A stretch of 50,848 nt of DNA, counting the filler, from Streblomastix strix (taxonomy: Eukaryota), in the NCBI GenBank assembly GCA_008636045.1. It is 3 parts of 3 records of this genome, joined end to end, with 100 filler letters (N's around TTAATTAATTAA, not from the genome) between each part and the next. Parts side by side here need not be neighbours in the genome. Positions count along the whole stretch, not along the records: positions 33,968 to 50,848 come from SNRW01000756.1; 2 more parts are not named here. The stretch is one strand, 5' to 3'. The notes under the pieces are model-generated. The model did no database searches, was not told the origin of the DNA, and worked only from the letters and a program-made list of their open reading frames with translations. Shown in pieces: positions 41,601 through 50,848 of the stretch. A program made the translations under genes and the position numbers. Each line of letters begins with the position of its first letter. Within the stretch, counting starts at the first letter, position 1.

Positions 41601-42459
41601 TGCAAATAAAGCAAAATAAATAAATAAAGATCATGATAATAGAAATAATTAAAGATAAGAGAAAGAAGGAAATGAAGAAGATTAAGATATGTAAGATGAA
41701 GATATATATGAAGATGAAGATGAAGATGAATTATTTGACAATTAAAAATAGATTAATGAATAAAAGAAATAAGAATAGATCAGAAAAGAACACGCAAACA
41801 CTCTATTAAAGAGAAAAGAACATGTAATTAAATTTGTTAAAGATTATGTCAGAGATCATCAGGAATCTGATCCGCCTCCAGATAATGACCCATTTAATGA
41901 GAAATATTTGAGAAAATTGGCAAAGAATCAGATTATTAAAGAATTTGATGTTTCTTTGATTGTTGGATAGAATCTTACTGTACAAAAAGTAGGAGGGAAA
42001 GATGTTATTTTGTTGGATAGTGATGATGAAGATGATGATGATGAAAAAATAAATTAAACAAAATCTACACAATAGAAAAATACCAACAAAAGCAACTAGC
42101 AACCATCAAGTTAACCAAAGCAATAAGGATAATATTGGTTGCAAGAAATGCATAATGAAAATATAATGAAATAAAATAATGTGGATAAACCAATATCATC
42201 AAACAAACAGCAAACTCCAGTTGCATCTAGAACATAACCAGCTTCCAGTCCAGGATTGAGTGGAGGAAGCAGTCAAAAAGGACAAAAGAAGAAGCCCACA
42301 TCTAAAAGGATTCTATATGATGATGACTCTTAAAACGATTAAGATAAAGATAATGCAAATAATCTGATGAATCAAGTGTCTGAACTGAGAGGGGAACTCC
42401 AAAAGTAAGGTAATAACACACAAGGGAAGAATCCAATGAATCCTTGGGAATTTAACTGA
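35606..42459 (+). CDS. Large SP-RING (MIZ zinc finger) protein, Siz/PIAS-like SUMO E3 ligase
   Basis: SP-RING ISLSLRCPITFTRMHIPGRGVKCTHLACFDLGAFL...FRCPHCRK...DLRIDDLF (~38925-39120); PINIT-like FPIHISIAIN...PIDITK; SIM-like PVIINLDSDEDE and VILLDSDDED; intron 37615-37739; one in-frame TGA at 37208. Confidence 0.85.
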
Positions 42460-42884
42460 GAGAAACAATGCTTATTATAATTATACTTTTATGTCAATAT
42501 ATTATAATGTATTTTCTAACCAATTTTTTGCTTAATAAATTAACCTGTTCTAATTCTTGCGACCTATATTATTTATTTTATTATACAACTAAAAATTAGA
42601 ATAATTTGATGATCTATGGCAAATGAATACAGTATCAGAAAAATTTCTTTAATGCTTGTCTTATATTTTGCATTTCAATTACAAATCTATTAATATCTAA
42701 TTATCTTACAAACTACAATTTATATTATTATACTGACAAACAAACTTATTTTATTTAATTATTTTATATATAATCATATTCATGTAAAGCAAAATTATAC
42801 TCAAACAAGTCGATAAATTTTTCTTTATAAAACTTCAATTTAATCACTTTTTTACACAATGTTTTAATTAGATTACATGCAATA

Positions 42885-45800
42885 ATGAATAGTTTTGTTT
42901 AAACAAAGACAGTGAAATACAATTTAAGCAAAATAAAGTTAGCAACATACCAACCAATCCAGAATGAATGTTAGCGCTTTTCTCCTGTTTTGATTTCTGG
43001 CCCTCCTGGAGTTGGAAAGTCGGCTCTATTAGATGAACTTTCAAAATAAGAAGGGAAAAATCTCGTTTACATGCATTTAGGTGGACAGAGCGATCCACGA
43101 GATCTACCAGGTGCATATTTTTGCGGTGATATTCCTGGTCTACTCGAATGGCGAAAGGGTGCACTGACAAAAGCAATGGAATTGGGACATTGGATTGTCT
43201 TTGATAACATCTGGTAAGCATCACCAGATGTTCTGGCTTCACTTATGCCATTGCTTGAAACTGGACGATTAATTGACTCACAACGAGGTGAGTAATTTGT
43301 TGTTAGTCAGAATTTTCGATTGTTTATGACAACATCTGGAGATGCAAATATTGAGAGAAATTCATGGATTTAAAAAATTCATAATCTTTCGACTATTGTT
43401 CATATTTAACCATTGCCAACTGAAGAGCTTGAAGAAATCATGGCTAATCGCTGTCCCTCATTGACTCCAATAATTCATGAACTTCATATGATATTTGAAG
43501 AGATTAGTAATTTGGTTTACTCATTGAAAGCAAATCGTAGACTTGTAACAAACCGAGATCTTTTCAAATGGATAGAAAGATTGTAGCACACAATAGGCAA
43601 CAGAATCCAGATTCATAAATCAGAAGATTAAGAAACAACCACACAAACTAAGAAAGATAAATAAATATAAGATGTTGATGAATAATAATATCCAAACCAC
43701 TTCACTAATCTTTGGACAATGGATGATGGTGTTTATGGAGACATAATTAGAGAGAGTCTTGATATATTTGTTGGTTCGCTTCCTGATCTTACTTTTCTTT
43801 CTAAACCATCAAATTCATCACTTTATTAAATCAATTAAATTCCACAATAAAATATTAATTCATCTTTTCCATATCCATCTCCTTCTCCTTCACCATACTA
43901 AGAAGCATCAAGATCAGCTGCCAGATAATTAACTCCAGTTCAATTAATCAGTTAATTGAAAGAAGGTGTATTTGAGATTGTAAGTAAATATATACCAAGA
44001 TCATCGGGCCTTCAAGTTTCTTCTTATCTTTAACTTATTCTTGGATCAATTCCTGAGATTAAAATCGGAACAGTTTAAGTGAGTGGAATGAATGAAAATG
44101 TGATAAATGTTGGAAGATTCGCTTATTTTAATTCATTTCACAGTAAAGATTCCTCATTAACTAATCAACTTTAACTTTCACTTCATACAACATTATAATA
44201 ACCATCATAAATATATCAATAATCACCACAAACTAATACATATGCAAATACCTTATCATCATTAAGAATAATGGAGAGAGTATTAGGCAGTGTTACAATG
44301 AATGAAGCGTGTTTACTTGTTGGAGAAACTGGGTGTGGGAAGACAGCAGCTGTTTAATAATTGGCTCTTCTTGCAGGACAGAGATTGATCGTTCATAATT
44401 TGAGCATTCATTCTGAAGCTGCTGATTTATTTGGTGGATTTAAACCTGTTTCATTTGCTAAATTAATGTCTCCACTTGTTAATTTATTCATGGATTTATT
44501 TCAAAGAAGATTTGACCAGAAAGCGAACAATAAGTTTATTACTCGTTTCTTAGAGAGTATTTCATCTGCTTCATTATCTGAAATGGGAAGTTAAACTAAT
44601 TACAATAAATGGGGAGAAATATTGAGAATGATGAAAGCAGCTTCTTAGAAGGCTGTTGATGGATATGAAAGAATTAGATTAGAGTAAATAAATTAGATTT
44701 AATAAATATCTGAATAATAGAATTAAGTCAATGAAGAAGAAAGAGAAATTGGATAGAAATGGAGTAGGAATAATTTAAATAATAATAATATTTAAAGTAC
44801 TGAAATATTGCAAAGAAAAATAAGAGTTCTTACAAATAATAAAACAGAAGGAAGTTAAAATAATGAATAAAATAGTGAATAATTTGAATGGATTAAATTA
44901 CTCAATAGAATAAATAAAATTGAACCTCAATTTTCTAAAACAAATTAAAATCAATCAAATGCTCATCAATAACCTAAAACATTGTTTGCATTTGAAGAAG
45001 GGGTAGTTGTAAAAGCATTAAAAGAAGGTCTTTGGTTGCTTTTAGATGAGATTAATATGGCACCAGAAGATTGTCTTGATAGACTCTATTCAATTGCTGA
45101 ATCTCAAGGAGTGGATTTAAATAGCGACTAATAATAATCTAAAGAAACAGATTAAATAATAAATGAATCAAATAAAATGAAAAATAAGAGAATTTCATCA
45201 TCTGGGACAATCACACTTCATGAAAGAGGAGATGACACCCCAATAATCAGACATCCCAACTTCAGATTGTTTGCATGCATGAATCCATCATCAGGTGGAA
45301 TTGGAGGACTAGCTTTTGCAAATACGAATATTAACTAATAAGGAAATAAATAGTAAATAACTACTGGAATTGGAGGAGGTGATGTTGGGAAGAAGAATTT
45401 GAATCCTTTATTGAGATCAAGATTCACAGAAATATTCGTTGAGGAGATGAATAGTGAAACGGAGATTGCAATGTTGGCTAAGAAATGTTTGAATCCAAAT
45501 GAAAATTAAAAATTTAATGACTAAAATAAAACCAATAAACAATTAGAAGAGCAAATTAATAAAGAGGGAATTTTGTATTCATAAATAGCAAAGTTATATA
45601 TTTCATTAAGAAGAAAAGCAGAAACTGGAGAATTAACAGAAGGAGAAGTGAAAAGGAAGCCTCATTTCTCTCTCAGAACATTATGCAGAGCTTTGGAACA
45701 TGCGAGAAGAGCTAATGAATAATTGTAATAATAAAAAATATAGAAAGCTATACAATAATTAAGTGAATAAAGAGTAAATGATTTTAATTCTAATCATTCT

Positions 45801-48800
45801 TCATAATCTTAGATGAATATTGAATAAAAAAGAATGTCGTCTTTGGCTGATGGAATTATGTTATGTTTTGCTTCTCCACTTAATGATCATTCATAAGAAA
45901 TTGTTGAATAAGAAATTAAGAAATTTTTAAAATAATTTATTCCATTGTCATATAAAGCATTTCCTGAAATTTCTTCTTATTAATAATAAAAGTCTTTATA
46001 AAATTTAAATTAAGAATAACAACCATAATAAAAACAAAAGAAGTCATCTCAATTTTCATTCGATTAGTTTAAAGAAGATCCTGAACTAATTAATTAAAGA
46101 TTAGAACAATAGAATGAATTTGTTATTATTGAAGGAGTACCTATTCCAGTTGGTAAACCAAATCAAATTCAAAAAGACTCAGAATTAGTATTTGAGAAAA
46201 CAGATACAGTTAGAAAACATTTGAAAACATTAGCACTTTCTTCTTCATTGTGCAGATTTCCTGTTTTATTGGAAGGACCAACTTCATCAGGAAAAACAGC
46301 AATAGTTGAATATATTGCAAAGAGAACGGGACACAGATTTGTGAGGATTAATAATCATGAACATACTGATATATAAGAATACTTGGGTTAATATGCAGCA
46401 ACAATAGTGAATACTAATATTGTTAATGAAAATGAAATAAAAGAAGTAAAATAGAATGAAAAACAAGAAGGAGATGAATTCTAAAAGAAGAAACAAGGAA
46501 AAAGAAATAAATTAATAAACAATTCATAATCATCTTCATCATCCTCACAATCCAATGTTTAATTCAAGTTTATAGAAGGTCCTTTAGTTAGAGCTGTTAA
46601 ATAAGGAGATTGGGTTGTTTTAGATGAACTGAACTTAGCTCCAACAGAAGTACTTGAATCTCTTAACAGACTATTAGATGATAATAGAGAATTGTTTATT
46701 CCAGAAACTGGTGAGGTAATTAAAGCTCATCCTCATTTCATGCTGTTTGCGACTCAGAATCCAGCAGGGATGGAATATGGAGGAAGAAAATAGTTGTCCA
46801 GAGCTTTCTTGAACAGATTTATAATACTTAGATTTAATACTATTTCACCGATTGAATTGGAATCAATATTAATAAGATAAACTTAGTTACCCAAAGAATT
46901 GGCAAAAACTTTGATAAAAACAATGTAAAAATTAGAAACATAAAGATCCTTTTCCAACATATTTGCTGGGAAAAGAGGATTGATTACACCAAGAGACTTG
47001 TTTAGATGGGGACAAAGATATGTGAAATGTTCAACAATCGCATCTTCAAATATTCAGTCATATAAATTTCTTCCTCCAACCTTGTTTCTTCTGAGAGAAG
47101 GATGCTTCTTATTGGCTGAGAGAATCAGATCAGCTGAAGAAAGACAGATTGTGAGGAAATGCATTTCTGAATCTTTCAAAGGATAACACTTAGGAATTGG
47201 AGATGAATAAGAAGATAATGGTAATAATTAAGGATAATTGAAGAGTGGAGGAAATATTGAAAAGAGTGCAAATATATTCATTAAACTTAACATTGAAATA
47301 GAAGAACAATAAGAAATTAAATAGCTAGATAAATAATAACAAGTTATTAATAATATACCCCTCACAAAAGAATAAGAAAGTTTAAAAATTAAATAAAGAT
47401 AAAAGAAAGATGATTTGATTCTCCTTTCAAATGACTTGACTTAATTTCTTGTATAAAATTTTCCAAGAATAACCGAATTATTACCTTTAAAAGGATATAT
47501 TGATATTTATAATGAACATCAAAAAGAAAGATAAAATAATAAAGATAATATATACGATGAAGAAGATTAAGATCCACTCAATCCATTTAGAGACATTGCA
47601 TGGACTCCTTCATTCTTAAGATTGTTTATATTAATATCAAGATGTTATATTGCAAAAGAACCTTGTTTGATTATTGGAGATACTGGAACTGGTAAAACAA
47701 CTGTTGTACAGTTATTAGTTGCTTTGCTTAATTAATAAAATGAATAAAAAAGAAAAGAATAAGATAATGAAAATGACCAAAAATAGAAATTATTTACAGT
47801 TAATTGTCATTAAACAACTGAAGCTTCAGACTTTATTGGATCAATAAGACCTGGTCATCAAGTTTAAATTGATGATGAAGTTAGTGATAACAACAACAAT
47901 AATAATAAATAAAATAATTCCTAGTCATCTTCACATTCATTATTTTAATGGGTTGATGGTCCATTAGTTTAAGCTATGAAATCTGGAGGAATATTTTTAA
48001 TTGATGAAATTGCTTTGGCTGATGATGCAGTTTTGGAAAGATTAAATCCTGTTTTAGAAGTTGGAAGAACCTTATTTATTGCTGAGAAAGCAAATTCATA
48101 TTCTAATGATGATAATAATAATAACACTAATACAATCCAATCTCAATCATCACAAGAGATTAAAGCTCATCCTCAATTCTCGATCTTTGCAACAATGAAT
48201 CCAGGAGGTGATTATGGGAAGAGAGAATTGAGCCCAGCTTTGAGATCAAGATTCACCGAAATTTGGGCAAATTATTAATAAAATGAGGAAGAAATTGAGG
48301 AAATTGTGAAGAAGAAGATGAAATTAGAAATAAATGAAGAATAAGCACAAAATATTTTGGATAGTAAAACAAAAATTGATAATTAAAAAGAAATGGATAA
48401 AGAAAAAAACTTATAAATTGAAAGAATTTTATAAGATCGTAATTCATTCTTCACTAAACTTCTTGTATAATTCTTTTCATGGTTTTAGTCGCAGGTTGAA
48501 AATGCTTCTCTTCTTACATCACAAATATATCAAAATAATTAATTGCAAAATAGCAAATAAAATAAAAATTAAATAAATGAATAATAAATTATTATTAATT
48601 AATTTGCGAAGATTGTAACTCAATCAGAATAAGAAGCTAAAATTTATTAATAATTATTTATATAAGATAATATCTAAATCGAGTAAATTGAAGATTTACT
48701 CAAATAACTAACTATTAAACCTTAATTTTCTATTACATCATTCACCAAATCTTCAGTATAGAAATAATAATAATAACATAAAATCAACATCAAACCCAAA

Positions 48801-50848
48801 TTAATGTTAACAATTCGAGACATTCTTTCATCTTCTTAGTTTATCAATTCAACTCACAACCAACTTGGAGATGTTGGATCTTTTATTCACTCATTATATT
48901 TATGTGTGTTGGATGGAGTAGCAGTTAGAACTGGATGGGGAAATGAAGGAAGAAGAAAATTGGGAATAAGAAAAGGGGATTAAGCAGGTTAATTGAAAGA
49001 TAGAGATGATGTATATGAAGTTATTGATGATGATTAAATAGAAAATAATTCGAGAATTTAATCAAATATTGATCAATAATCCGATCAAAATGAAAGTGTT
49101 TGCCATGTATTAAAGGAAAGAGCAGCTTTCTTCTTATTAAGAACATTATTTGGAGGACTTTTAAATGAACTGTTGAAAGATAAATTGGAAAAAATAAAAG
49201 AGAAGAAGAAAAAGAAGGAGATCAAAACAATTGAAAAAGAAAATTAAGGTTAAAATACAATTTAAAGAAAATATTATTAATTTGCATCAGCTTAAGATTT
49301 AATAGAATAAATTATTTCCCATAAAATAACATTAAATGATATTTTGTAATTTGAATAAAAAAAGGATAAAGACATTTAACTAATTTTGGGAGAAAAAGAA
49401 AAAGGAAAGGAAATTGAGAAGGATTCAGATTAATAGAATATATTAATTGGAGTTCCTCCCTTCTTTATTCCAATTGGCCCTCATAATTTCCCATAAACAT
49501 CCTTATAAACAATTGATTCAAATACAAAATAACAAATTCAATTACAAACTTAATCATCACCATCAAATTTCTCTTTCTCATTTTCTTCACCGACAACATC
49601 AATCAATTTACAGCGCCTTCTTAGATCGTTATAATTATAGAGATCTATTTTATTAGAGGGAGATCCTGGTGTTGGTAAAACATCTTTAATTTCTGCATTA
49701 GCTGCTGCAACCGGAAACAAATTAACACGAATTAATTTGTGTGAATAAACAGAATTAAGCGATTTATTTGGTATGGACACTCCTGTTTAAAGAAAGAACG
49801 AAATGAATAACAAATTAGACAAAGATAGAATCAGTTAAGAAAACAGTTTATTTTAATGGAGAGATGGTCCATTCTTATCAGCAGCAAAGAAAGGAGAATG
49901 GGTTTTATTGGATGAATTAAATTTAGCTCCATAATAAGTGCTTGAAGGAATTAATTCATGTTTAGATCATAGAAGAGAAATTGTTATTCCTGGAATAGAA
50001 ATAGATAATAATAATAATGAAAATGATAATGAAGGAAAAAAGAATAATAGAAGTCATTCATTCACTTTTAAGCTTCCATAATCATTCAGAATATTTGCAG
50101 CCTAAAATCCACATTAAAAAGGAGGATCTAGAAAAGGTCTTCCAAAGTCATTTGTAAACAGATTCACTCCCGTTTATTTAGAATAAATGAATATCGACGA
50201 TTATGAATACATTATTCAGTAACAATTTAAATAAATTCCAAAAGAAATTGTTTAGAAAATGGCAGAATTTGTTTGTATTGTTGATGGAATGACAAGGAAG
50301 TAAGGATAATAAAAAGATGGGAAAGCCAATAGTTAACCATTATCATCAATAGAATAAATACAATAATATCGATTAGGAATAAAAGGTTAACCTTGGGAAT
50401 TTAACTTAAGAGATTTAATAAGATGGTGCTATATATTAATAGGAAATATAAATGATACTAATAAAAACTAAAAATATATTGATAATCATTTTTCGCATAT
50501 TCAAACTCTCCAACTGACCCAATCAACTGCAATATTGAGCGCAATCAGAGGATTTTTCACACTTTTCTATCATCGATTTAGAACAATCTAAGACAGAGAA
50601 ATTGTTTTACAATTGTTTAACACCATTTTTAGTATAAATAATGATAGTAGTAGTTTTAATATAAATGAAATAATGAAATAAATGAATGAGAATAGACCCA
50701 AAATGTTTGAAACTGAAAGACTCTTATTTGTTGGAAGTGAAAAGATTTAAAAAAGATTATTTAGAGTAAATGAAATGGAATATGATTATAACAATCAATT
50801 ACAATCTTAATCATATTATTAGTCCCATCTTCATATCCCTCCACTTTT
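42885..50848 (+). CDS. MDN1: Midasin (Rea1) AAA-ATPase, AAA1-AAA5, continuing beyond the window
   Basis: Tandem AAA modules in one frame: GPPGVGKS, GETGCGKT, EGPTSSGKT, GDTGTGKT, EGDPGVGKT. Also WVVLDELNLAPTEVLESLNRLLDDNRELFIPE, ATMNPGGDYGKRELSPALRSRFTEIW and GSRKGLPKSFVNRFT. Confidence 0.96.

Overview
Very AT-rich eukaryotic DNA with spliceosomal introns, in which TAA/TAG encode Gln and TGA is the only stop (ciliate-type code; the Rab WDTAGQE motif uses TAA for Q). Code, composition and gene families suggest an anaerobic oxymonad such as Streblomastix (inference). The supplied standard-code ORF track therefore fragments or misses most genes; I translated the genes below by eye with TAR=Gln. 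The window is three segments joined by artificial 44N-TTAATTAATTAA-44N spacers, so adjacency across them is unproven. Segment 1 has a decayed Polinton-like element (1-5480), a tRNA-like relic, an ARM/coiled-coil gene with (TAA)42 polyQ, a pseudogenised bacterial-type PEP-synthase-like gene and a DIRS-type tyrosine-recombinase retrotransposon. Segment 2 has a second, diverged and rearranged copy of the same Polinton-like family (KilA-N, penton-like, DD35D integrase with AT-hook, two orphan genes, HNH-containing pPolB), an RPEL-repeat gene, candidate ncRNAs, a Rab1-like GTPase and a single-pass surface protein. Segment 3 has a SP-RING (Siz/PIAS-like) SUMO ligase and midasin (MDN1/Rea1). The strongest novelty candidate is the Polinton-like family with a D-D35-D integrase, conserved orphan genes and shuffled gene order.
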